Made by a program: the position numbers and the translations under genes. A DNA stretch of 32,000 nucleotides from Promethearchaeota archaeon (GTDB taxonomy: Archaea; Asgardarchaeota; Odinarchaeia; Odinarchaeales; JBHLKK01), in the NCBI GenBank assembly GCA_048939465.1, contig JBHLPL010000004.1:750-32749 (forward strand). Reading direction: 5' to 3'. Position 1 is the first letter of the stretch, and each line of letters opens with the position of its first letter. The notes beneath the pieces are model-generated. The model did not search any database and was not told the origin of the DNA. It saw nothing but the letters and a program-made list of their open reading frames with translations. Below, one piece after another: positions 18,501-25,792 of the stretch.

Positions 18501-19071
18501 AGTCAAAGAGCGTTATGATGAGCTCTCGGAAAAACAGAATAGACTTCTGATAGAAAAAAATTCAATAGTTGAGTTTATGGATGAAATCGAGAGGGAAAAG
18601 ACGAAAGTCTTCATGTCAACCTTTAACGAGATCAATCGTAATTTCAATAGAATATTCGGTCAGCTTTCTCCCGGTGGAGAGTCACGTCTGGTTTTGGAGA
18701 ACGAGATGCATCCTTTCATGGGAGGCATTCGGATAAAAGCAAATCCCGGAGGAAAGAAAGTACTCTATCTTGAGGCCATGTCTGGGGGGGAGAAGGCACT
18801 CACTTCTCTTGCGTTAATCTTTGCCATACAAAGGTGTCAACCAGCACCTTTCTATATATTTGACGAGGTTGATGCTTCTCTGGACTTGGCAAACGTCAAA
18901 CGGGTTGCTGAATTGATAAAGGAGTTCTCCAAAGACTCACAGTTTATAGTAATATCGCTGCAAGACGTAATGATGGCTAGGGCAGATTCTCTATTAGGAC
19001 TCGTTAGAAAGAGAGATCATTCAACCATCGTTTCGGCAAAACTGGAGCAGGGCGCAAGATACATTGAGTGA
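15508..19071 (+). CDS. smc: Chromosome segregation protein SMC
   Basis: FIKKIEMKGFKSF, Walker A GPNGSGKS, long coiled coils, hinge GDVVEPSGLMTGG, signature MSGGE, Walker B YIFDEVD. True start is TTG-15508 after GGGAGTGA. Confidence 0.98.
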   Translation: MVFIKKIEMKGFKSFGNQKLISHFPRGFTAVVGPNGSGKSNILDAFCFVLGHLSAKTMRAGSFSDLIYSGGDSSPSAKYARVTLYLDNSDGGIPIDSSSVVVARVIDQEGRGAYWLNGKRVTRNQIIDLLGMAGISPNGYNIVLQGQLAQFIQMSPVDRRILIEQVAGIATYDEKKEKALGQLKLAEQNLSKIELLIREVMSELERLEKEKNDAVRWQELSKEIKKSEALVVFNELQNTEQELSGNQILIDEKKKRLDRLEKDGTQLSLEVSKKRERLEEIDAEIRTKQEDELEKVRAEINELNRLVSQMEADFRYLNNRYEEGKENLQKLDHESKEIEDLIQRLHNEIQKLKEQKTAIQSKIAQKDELTSEITQHISQRDTTYSASIVKLRNIRKQLDLKRGELADISTQKSVIEKELSYLYEDRKSLESIHSERSKRVEETIKRKETLEAELNQVRSEIESLEKQKREADEETRLTVKQLRTTEELVRNAREEIIKLKVRINSIREARARFLRSRPAVHEVLELRDNNVVEGIFGTIAELGVVSSEYATALEVAAGARLSYVVVRDDDVAAKCINYLKQKKLGQASFLPLNRLILQTPKEQIRGKGVVAPAIELIRFEGQYKPAFDYVFGRTLIVDDLNTARFLKAGSNLRKVTVDGDVVEPSGLMTGGHYIKPVKITQEDEETLPKVEEQLNGLIKTQLDLRDKRDGLIASIDKVQNELLQKREKQSEITAKLESINLQVLEEEKSLNEILPKMSETQDIVDEKKTSLQTLENQSAKVEKETQELSRLSEELSEIVERSTVAELNEKIKALEKEREQLKDSAANIDVDLTQNQTRLNYHLLPRKDEILSVISKLEEMLPELEKELLAKETELDEQREIFGKFHEEKGRIEGLIGKLQKEKQEIYLGIHEKTNKLSGMEKELMDLRLEINSLEVKGDNYQNRLVDLKSKAQEYILFKPPEIVEIDVRKLGERVRELQEEKMALEPINQKAILRYPTVKERYDELSEKQNRLLIEKNSIVEFMDEIEREKTKVFMSTFNEINRNFNRIFGQLSPGGESRLVLENEMHPFMGGIRIKANPGGKKVLYLEAMSGGEKALTSLALIFAIQRCQPAPFYIFDEVDASLDLANVKRVAELIKEFSKDSQFIVISLQDVMMARADSLLGLVRKRDHSTIVSAKLEQGARYIE

Positions 19072-19346
19072 AATGCCCTGAGGAAAGGAGCTTATGACCA
19101 TGCTTGACCTCAATTCGTTCTCAGGCTTTAATTCAACCAAATGTCAAATAGGGGGAGGCATTTCAACGCCCCAGCCCTGTGATCCCCGTATTGTGTCTGC
19201 CTGCACAGTACATCTTACTCATCCCTCTCACAGGTCTTTGACTGCTTTCTCCCTTTCAGGGAATGCTTTCAGACCTATCGGCACGTATAGCACAAGCGTA
19301 TCTAGGGATCCCTTGATCCCTCCATCCGTTCGTATGAAATCTCTTT
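19069..19346 (-). ncRNA. Structured intergenic element B between smc and scpA (homologous motif to element A)
   Basis: TGAAATGCC/GGCATTTCA, GGGATC/GATCCC, AGGTCT/AGACCT and TCCC-TGAAA-GGGA stems; 28/32 and 10/11 matches to element A. Confidence 0.45.
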
Positions 19347-19349
19347 GAG

Positions 19350-20063
19350 GTGATTAGGATAGAGAATGAAGAGGAATCTGCAAAAGACGAAGAAGAGTTT
19401 TGGCTGCAACCGCCTTGGACATTGCTAACAGATGTAGTCAAGCTAAGCAAAGTAAGTCCTTGGAACATTGATCTTGACGAGTTAGTCCACGGCTTCCTCG
19501 AAAAAATGTTGACCTTGAGTCTAGTTAATTTTAGAGTCTCTGGCATTGCATTGCTCTCAGCATCAATTCTTTATCGTATGAAGACTGAGCTGGCGCTGAC
19601 TTTAGGCGAGGGGGAAGAGGAGAGCAATCTGTCTGAGGAGTTTAAACTCCTTCCTCCTATCAGACCTCCATTTCGCCTGGTTAGTCGGAAAGTCACCATA
19701 GATGAGCTACTGATAGCGCTGGAAGACGCTCTCCGCCAAGAGGTTGAGAGTAAAAAGCGTAAGCCAGTAACGAAAACAATAGAATTAGAGACACCTGATG
19801 TTGTTTACGAAGTAGAGCCCGACAAAGCTGAAATAGAAAAGACGCTAGCACTGGTTTACGAAAGAATAAGGACGTTAAGCCACAACGGGGAACCAATAAG
19901 ATTCTCTCAGCTCATTTTAGAAAAAAGAAAAATCATTATGGTCAGAACGTTTGTCTGTATTCTGTTGCTCAGTTTCAGAGGCAAGATAGACATCTGGCAA
20001 GAGGAACCGTTTGGCGAGATTTTTGTAAAGCTATTGGAAGAGGGGGACACAGATGACGAATAA
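19350..20063 (+). CDS. scpA: Segregation and condensation protein A (kleisin)
   Basis: SPWNIDL, FRVSGIALLSASILYRMK, and C-terminal RTFVCILLL...IDIWQEEPFGEI; located between smc and scpB. Confidence 0.92.
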   Translation: MIRIENEEESAKDEEEFWLQPPWTLLTDVVKLSKVSPWNIDLDELVHGFLEKMLTLSLVNFRVSGIALLSASILYRMKTELALTLGEGEEESNLSEEFKLLPPIRPPFRLVSRKVTIDELLIALEDALRQEVESKKRKPVTKTIELETPDVVYEVEPDKAEIEKTLALVYERIRTLSHNGEPIRFSQLILEKRKIIMVRTFVCILLLSFRGKIDIWQEEPFGEIFVKLLEEGDTDDE

Positions 20064-20634
20064 CAAGAACAAGGCACTAATAGAGGCAGCGCTATATATT
20101 TCAGGAAGACCCCTCAATCCTGAAGAGCTCTGTGAAGTAGCAGATTTGGAAAGAAACTCAGTTGACAAACTAATAGCAGAGCTAATCGACGATTATAACG
20201 GAAGAGATAGTGCTTTAGAGATTGTATCTCTTTCCGGAGGGCGATACGCATTACAACTTAAGGCAGATTTTTCTCCCTTGGTTGCTAGATTTGCACCAAC
20301 CGGTCTACTTTCTTTGGGAGCCCTAAAAACGCTCTCGTTGATTGCACTAAGACAACCTATTATGCAGACCCAGGTTGTAAAAATACGTGGTTCTCATGTT
20401 TACAAGCATATTCACGAACTTGAGGACAGGGGATTTATCAAGGGGAAACCTGAGGGTCGGACACGCGTCCTATCTACTACCAAAATGTTCGCAGACTACT
20501 TCGGATTTGACTATGATTTGAGGAGATTGAAACTCCAGCTTAGATGGCTGATGAGGAAGATGAAGAGTGAAGAAGAAGTGACACTTGAGGAGGAGCTGAT
20601 GCGCGAACCAATGGCATATGAAAAGGATAAATAG
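20053..20634 (+). CDS. scpB: Segregation and condensation protein B
   Basis: LIEAALYISGRPL, LKTLSLIALRQPI, IRGSHVY and TTKMFADYFG motifs. Confidence 0.95.
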   Translation: MTNNKNKALIEAALYISGRPLNPEELCEVADLERNSVDKLIAELIDDYNGRDSALEIVSLSGGRYALQLKADFSPLVARFAPTGLLSLGALKTLSLIALRQPIMQTQVVKIRGSHVYKHIHELEDRGFIKGKPEGRTRVLSTTKMFADYFGFDYDLRRLKLQLRWLMRKMKSEEEVTLEEELMREPMAYEKDK

Positions 20635-20735
20635 GATCTCTTTTTTGCCTTATTTTGTCTAGCATAATCAGGAACCCTTGTTCGAAATCTTTTTATAGGA
20701 GAATTATCCTACCATGTAGGCAAATCATCCTATGA

Positions 20736-21314
20736 GTGAAAACCATGCAGTATATGAATCGATCAATGCCCGACAATACAACAAAGCTGACCATGACATC
20801 GGTTTTGGCCTCATTGGCGATAGCTTTGCGGCTTTTTAAGCATTTTATCATTGGGCCAATTCAGATAATCAACTTGCCAGGTGTGATGACTGTGGCAAGT
20901 GGAATTCTAATGGGAGCTGTTTCGGGTCTGACAGTAGGTCTATTCGCATTTTTCGTATCGGATTTGATACTCGGATTCGGACCCTGGACACCAATAACTG
21001 CAGGCTTCATGGGACTCATAGGGATAGTTGCAGGGTTATTGTGGTTTAGAAGGGACGAGATATCACGTTTGGAGCTCTTTACCGTCTCGTTTATTCTGAT
21101 ATTCATAAATGATGTTTTCACGTCTGTCGGAGGGTACATGATATTAGGACTATCATTTGAGGGCGCATTACTGACCTCTCTCGTAGGTCTCTTCATACCA
21201 GCGGGTGGTGGTTTCTTCTTGGCCGTCGGTCCGATTACCGAAGGGGCAACAGCATTCTTGATTGCGATTCTAACACCGATCATAAGGAAGTATTCCGTCG
21301 AGGTGAATAGATGA
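20736..21314 (+). CDS. ECF transporter substrate-specific (S) component, possibly CbrT-like
   Basis: About 6 TM with the ASLAIALR, GILMGAVSG and FVSDLILGFGPWTP pattern typical of S components. Exact start uncertain. Confidence 0.8.
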   Translation: MKTMQYMNRSMPDNTTKLTMTSVLASLAIALRLFKHFIIGPIQIINLPGVMTVASGILMGAVSGLTVGLFAFFVSDLILGFGPWTPITAGFMGLIGIVAGLLWFRRDEISRLELFTVSFILIFINDVFTSVGGYMILGLSFEGALLTSLVGLFIPAGGGFFLAVGPITEGATAFLIAILTPIIRKYSVEVNR

Positions 21315-21767
21315 ATGGGAGCAGCAACTTCGCAGAAACCGTGGATAGTCTCAGTGGTCTTCCTATTTGCAACGATTGGGCTTGCTACAAGCACTGTTTA
21401 CTACTACGCGCAATTTGACTACTATCAAAGGTCATTCAACGCACTTACGACTGATTACATCTACGCGGATATGGAAATCGACTACGGAAATGGCACAAGT
21501 GTGTGGTATAATGATACATTAATCTTAAGAAACTCATCAGTTCTCAAACTAACTCTGGCAATAGCAGAAGTCAATTACACTTTTTACCCTGGGATGGGTG
21601 CCTTTGTAAATGGAATCAACAACGTAACGAACTATCAAATCAACCCAACTTCTGGCTATTCTTGGATCTACTATGTCAATGGTCTTACAGCAGTTGTAGG
21701 AGCAGATCAATACATCGTGGCTTTAGATGATGTTGTTCAATGGAGATTTGAATTCTATTCGTTCTAA
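21315..21767 (+). CDS. Membrane-anchored DUF4430 (transcobalamin beta-domain-like) protein
   Basis: N-terminal TM helix followed by GMGAFVNGINNV...SWIYYVNG...VGADQY...DVVQW motifs. Confidence 0.8.
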   Translation: MGAATSQKPWIVSVVFLFATIGLATSTVYYYAQFDYYQRSFNALTTDYIYADMEIDYGNGTSVWYNDTLILRNSSVLKLTLAIAEVNYTFYPGMGAFVNGINNVTNYQINPTSGYSWIYYVNGLTAVVGADQYIVALDDVVQWRFEFYSF

Positions 21768-21867
21768 AACTAGTTGAGCCTCCCGGGAAGAATCTCTTTC
21801 CTTTTTGTTTTTATATTGTTCCTGCAATAAGTATATTGAATCGAAATTAGCTTGGGCGGTTCCAATA

Positions 21868-22449
21868 TTGCCGAGCCATGATAAAATAAAGAGAATTCTC
21901 GAGCTTTTCATAATACGAAAAGAAAGACCTGTTGGGCGGTACGCTCTAAAGGACATGCTGGATCTCCCAGAAGGAAAGACCAGAGGTCGGCTAGCGAGAT
22001 TGCGTGATGAGGAGTTAATTGAGGAGACTAAGCAAGGGGCTACCATTACAGAAAAAGGAGAGAGAGAACTCCGAAGACTTCTATCTTCGATGAGTATTGC
22101 CGCTATCGATATCATAGATGTAGGGGCTTTGAAGACTGGACACGAAAGCGCGGTGATTCATGTCTGCGGCAGGGCAGGCAAGATCGGGACTGCCGAGTAT
22201 ACAGAGCTTCGAGACGAAGCAGTAAGAGTAGGTGCGCAAGGAGCAACTATAATCGTTTTTGGTGATGGGAAGCTCAGTGTTCCAGCCGTTTTTCCCGATT
22301 TAGAAACGGAATATCAGTCTATTGCAAAGATCTTACTGGAAAAATTCGATCTACAGCCTGGAGATGTGATTGTCGTGGGATCGGCTTTGACCGAATGGAA
22401 AGCATTAGAGGGGGCACTCGCTGTAGCTTCGGCATTAGGTAAGAAATAG
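21868..22449 (+). CDS. Winged-helix plus DUF4443 (PH0730-like) protein
   Basis: RPVGRYALKDMLDLPEGKTRGRLARL...GATITEKG wHTH; C-terminal RDEAVRVGAQGATIIVF...KLSVP. Start uncertain (ORF open from 21805). Confidence 0.7.
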   Translation: MPSHDKIKRILELFIIRKERPVGRYALKDMLDLPEGKTRGRLARLRDEELIEETKQGATITEKGERELRRLLSSMSIAAIDIIDVGALKTGHESAVIHVCGRAGKIGTAEYTELRDEAVRVGAQGATIIVFGDGKLSVPAVFPDLETEYQSIAKILLEKFDLQPGDVIVVGSALTEWKALEGALAVASALGKK

Positions 22450-22468
22450 AGAAAAGATTTAGAAAAAT

Positions 22469-22834
22469 CTATTCGAGTTGTTCGAGTGCTAATTTCAGGT
22501 TTCTGATGATTAATCCCACGCTGGGAGTAGCATCCTCTCCGGCTATCGCAAGCAGGAATAAGTCGTTGGAGCGTACTAGTATTGCGTGGCCTTCTGCTCC
22601 AGTGACGTGAACAACGCTTACGTTTCCTTTTTCAATGCTATCTGCCAGTTTCTCCGATTCGCTGAGCGTCTTCATCGCAATTTCCGAAATGGCTTTGTGA
22701 TCCATTTCAGTTATTGTTTGGCCAGTTATGATTTCTCCGTCTGAGTTGAAAGCGATAATTCCTTCTATCTCGGGAAGGTTATCCATCAGTTTGGCAAGTA
22801 CAGATTCTATCTCCTCTTTTTCCGCTTCACTCAT
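22469..22834 (-). CDS. Roadblock/LC7 domain protein (1 of 4)
   Basis: LPEIEGIIAFNSDGEII helix-strand-strand-helix pattern and C-terminal VGLIIRNL helix; 121 aa. Confidence 0.8.
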   Translation of the reverse strand: MSEAEKEEIESVLAKLMDNLPEIEGIIAFNSDGEIITGQTITEMDHKAISEIAMKTLSESEKLADSIEKGNVSVVHVTGAEGHAILVRSNDLFLLAIAGEDATPSVGLIIRNLKLALEQLE

Positions 22835-22876
22835 TGATATCCCTCTTGAACATTATTATGCTCCAACTAATTAATG

Positions 22877-22925
22877 GAATCTCTGATATAAATCCTTTAA
22901 CGAATCTCTGATATAAATCCTTTAA
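22877..22925. repeat. Perfect 24-bp tandem duplication (GAATCTCTGATATAAATCCTTTAA x2) containing a BRE/TATA-like element
   Basis: Copies at 22877-22900 and 22902-22925. The minus strand reads AAAGGA-TTTATAT in each copy. Confidence 0.9.
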
Positions 22926-23065
22926 TATATGAATATCTTAAGTATAATTATTAGTAATTAAACTAATCTATTAGACCCGCGTTGTATGTTGGAGAGTTCA
23001 CAATTCGAAAAGAAACTCTAAGCGAGCAGTTGAAATCAAGCAAAAAAGAGCAAAATAGGAGATTA

Positions 23066-23353
23066 ATGATGATAGGACAAGATGATATAAAATCTACCTT
23101 GAAGAACCTGCAGAAATTCAAAGGAGTACGAGGTGTAATTGTAACCACAACGGAGGGGCTACCAGTTAGCACAACACTCGACGTTGAAAAAACCGAAAAA
23201 ACATCGGCACTGGTTACGTCGCTTGTAGGAAAGGCAAGATCTGTCATCAATGAACTGGATGAGGGCGGTCTGAAGTTCCTTACTATATCCACATCGAGTG
23301 GAGAAGTCTACGTAGCGCCAGAAGACGAGTACATACTTATAGTCCTCAAATAA
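23066..23353 (+). CDS. Roadblock/LC7 protein, dynein light chain roadblock (DYNLRB)-like (2 of 4)
   Basis: 95 aa from ATG-23066 after an AGGAGA SD. Motifs [33 protein letters not shown] and LKFLTI...[15 protein letters not shown]. Confidence 0.9.
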   Translation: MMIGQDDIKSTLKNLQKFKGVRGVIVTTTEGLPVSTTLDVEKTEKTSALVTSLVGKARSVINELDEGGLKFLTISTSSGEVYVAPEDEYILIVLK

Positions 23354-23411
23354 ACAAGATAAAGAATATTTTTATTTATTGACTGAGTTATAAAATGTAG
23401 AGGCGAAAAAA

Positions 23412-23882
23412 TTGATCGATTTGAAATCCTTTGACAAAATCCTGAGTAAGGTCATCAAAAGCGAGACAGGGATAAAGAAGGTAATCCTGGTGGACAGAAC
23501 AGGTTTGACAATAGCGCACGTATCGAAGTTTTCCTACTATCCGGTTGACATTGATGGGATTGGTGCTATCGCCAGCGCAGTATTCAGTGCGAGTGAGGAA
23601 CAAGGAAAGAATCTTGATATAGGAGATCTCGACCTTGTGACCTCAGAATTCAACGATGGGAAGATATTTGCAGCTAGCTGTGGCAAAGGCGTACTGTGTG
23701 TAGTAACAGACCATGATGTCAACATAGGTATGATCAGACTAGTTATGAAGAAGACGAGTGACGAACTCAGGGAAGTTCTAGAAGAGTTTCTGGCCGAAAA
23801 ACCCATAGTACCCGAAGTAACAGCGGAAAAGGATGAAGAAGAGGAAATCAAAACAGCCCTTGGAGAACTCGAAAAAGCCTAA
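23412..23882 (+). CDS. Roadblock/LC7 protein, LAMTOR2-like, with acidic C-terminal extension (3 of 4)
   Basis: VILVDRTGLTIA, GAIASAVF, GKIFAAS and VLCVVTDHDVNIGMIR motifs. Confidence 0.82.
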   Translation: MIDLKSFDKILSKVIKSETGIKKVILVDRTGLTIAHVSKFSYYPVDIDGIGAIASAVFSASEEQGKNLDIGDLDLVTSEFNDGKIFAASCGKGVLCVVTDHDVNIGMIRLVMKKTSDELREVLEEFLAEKPIVPEVTAEKDEEEEIKTALGELEKA

Positions 23883-23914
23883 TGCTCTGCAAAATTTCTT
23901 GGGAGAAAAATTAT

Positions 23915-24289
23915 ATGTCAACTGCGCCCAAAAGTGAAACGCTTGAAGACATTCTCAAAGACCTTGAGATGAATATTCCGCAAATCCAAGCAACAGCCAT
24001 CGTGAGTGTTGAAGGATTGCCCATTGCCTCAGCACTTCCAACTGGAGTTGACGAGGCCATGATTGCTGCTATGACAGCAGCAATGCTTTCTTTGGGAGAA
24101 AGAGCTGCAGCCGAGCTAGGAAAAGGAGAGCTAGAACAGGTGTTCGTAAAGGGGCAGGATGGATACATCATTGCAATGGGGGCAGGGCCTAATGCTGTAT
24201 TAACAACCAGTGCTACAAAAGATGCGAAGATCGGTTTAATTTTCTTGGAAATGGAGCGGGCTGCGGAAAAGATTGCAAAATTGGTGTAA
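23915..24289 (+). CDS. Roadblock/LC7 protein, MglB/COG2018-type (4 of 4)
   Basis: AIVSVEGLPIASALP, IAAMTAAMLSLGERAAAELGKGELEQVFVKG and IGLIFLEM motifs; ATG-23915 after GGGAG. Confidence 0.9.
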   Translation: MSTAPKSETLEDILKDLEMNIPQIQATAIVSVEGLPIASALPTGVDEAMIAAMTAAMLSLGERAAAELGKGELEQVFVKGQDGYIIAMGAGPNAVLTTSATKDAKIGLIFLEMERAAEKIAKLV

Positions 24290-24464
24290 TTCGGTATATA
24301 ATAGGAGAAAACGTCGAAATCAAGGAATGAGCTTCTTTTCTGAGTCAGATATAAGGTGTTAGAGATTCTAAGTGATACTCTGGATTGACTAATAAGTTTT
24401 TTATATGATATGATAGTCAATCAAATAGAGGCAAGAATCGGTTGCTACGTGAGCAGGGATATTC

Positions 24465-25244
24465 ATGGTCAATCTGAAGAAGTTGCTACTAGGGCCACTA
24501 TACAGATTATACAGCTGGCGTCTATGGAAACAGGTTAAGAATGGGAGAAAACCGGGTCATATTGGTGTTATTCTCGACGGTAACAGACGATTTGCTCGAG
24601 AAAGAGGACTGAATGTCTGGATCGGGCATTACTTGGGAGCTGAAAAGGTTAGAGAGTTCCTATCATGGTGCTGGGAGGCAGGAATAAAGGTCGTTACATT
24701 ATACGCATTTTCCATTGAGAATTTTAGACGTAGGCGAAGGGAAGTCGAAGAGATCATGAAACTGGCCAAGTCAAAATTCGAGGAAGTTCTGGGGGATAAG
24801 AACATCCACAAATACAAGGTTAAGGTACGGACTATCGGCAGGAGAAACATGCTCCCTAAGGAACTGCAGGACATCGTTCTCAAGATTGAAGAGAACACCA
24901 AAGGTTACAGCGACCATCTCTTGAACGTTGCGATTGGTTATGGCGGAAGAGCCGAAATTGTTGATGCGTTCAGGAGCATAGCAACAGAAGTCTCAAAAGG
25001 CATTATTAGCCCAGAAGAAGTCAACGAATCGCTTATAGAGAAATACCTTTATACTGCTGGCCTACCCGACCCGGATTTGATAATTAGAACGTCAGGAGAG
25101 GAGAGATTATCTGGATTTCTTCTCTGGCAATCTGCATACTCTGAACTGTACTTCTGTGATGTGTACTGGCCGGCTGTAAGGAAGATTGATTTCTGGCGGG
25201 CCATCAGAATATATCAGCAAAGGGACAGAAGATTTGGGAGTTAG
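24465..25244 (+). CDS. uppS: cis-prenyltransferase (polyprenyl diphosphate synthase)
   Basis: HIGVILDGNRRFA, TLYAFSIENFRR, YGGRAEI, PDPDLIIRTSGEERLSGFLLWQSAYSE motifs. Confidence 0.97.
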   Translation: MVNLKKLLLGPLYRLYSWRLWKQVKNGRKPGHIGVILDGNRRFARERGLNVWIGHYLGAEKVREFLSWCWEAGIKVVTLYAFSIENFRRRRREVEEIMKLAKSKFEEVLGDKNIHKYKVKVRTIGRRNMLPKELQDIVLKIEENTKGYSDHLLNVAIGYGGRAEIVDAFRSIATEVSKGIISPEEVNESLIEKYLYTAGLPDPDLIIRTSGEERLSGFLLWQSAYSELYFCDVYWPAVRKIDFWRAIRIYQQRDRRFGS

Positions 25245-25269
25245 CATGACATAATAGTTAAGGAAGGAA

Positions 25270-25740
25270 ATGACAGTGAGCAGTATAAAGCACGCAATAA
25301 AAAGACTTCGCAGGATGAAGGGAAAAAGAATCGGTCTGTTGGTAGATGGAAAAAATCTCGGGAATAGCAGAATAGATCTAGAATTAAGGAATATTAAGGA
25401 CGTGTTGGAAGAAATAGGCAACCTGAGAGTTGCAAAGGTACTTCTCGATGAACTCCCTTCTGATGATGTATCAAAAGCGATCTCAAAACTTGGCTTCTTA
25501 TCGACCGTTTATCTGAATGACATGGACGTCTATATGGCGCTTGAGGCAATGGAATTAGTATATAACGATAAGATTAAGGTAGTAGCGCTTGTTACAGACG
25601 ATGAGAATCTGATACCGATTTTAGTGAAAGCAAAAGAAAGGGGTAAAGAAACAGCCATTGTGGAGACGAGTGAAGGCACCATAGGGGAAGGGCTTAGGAA
25701 CTCAGCTGACTATTTCTGTCAGTTCTCGAAAGAAGGTTGA
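25270..25740 (+). CDS. NYN/LabA-domain protein (TIGR00288-like)
   Basis: IGLLVDGKNL, DMDVYMALEAME, ALVTDDENLIP, KERGKET and LRNSADYF motifs. Confidence 0.85.
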   Translation: MTVSSIKHAIKRLRRMKGKRIGLLVDGKNLGNSRIDLELRNIKDVLEEIGNLRVAKVLLDELPSDDVSKAISKLGFLSTVYLNDMDVYMALEAMELVYNDKIKVVALVTDDENLIPILVKAKERGKETAIVETSEGTIGEGLRNSADYFCQFSKEG

Positions 25741-25792
25741 GAGGAATATTGCGCAGCATATCGGCTGATTAATACAGCAATATTGCGTTCTT

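Noticed and set aside
19094-19348. 84-aa ORF between smc and scpA as a real gene
   Set aside because: It has an SD and ATG, but the product is Ser/Pro/Thr-rich with no domain pattern, as expected from reading a structured RNA antisense. It is kept only as an alternative explanation for element B.
22877-22925. Direct repeat as a CRISPR array
   Set aside because: Only two copies with a 1-nt spacer, and no cas genes.
25745-25787. AATATTGC/GCAATATT repeat between convergent genes
   Set aside because: Short, AT-rich and largely self-palindromic; at most an ordinary terminator.
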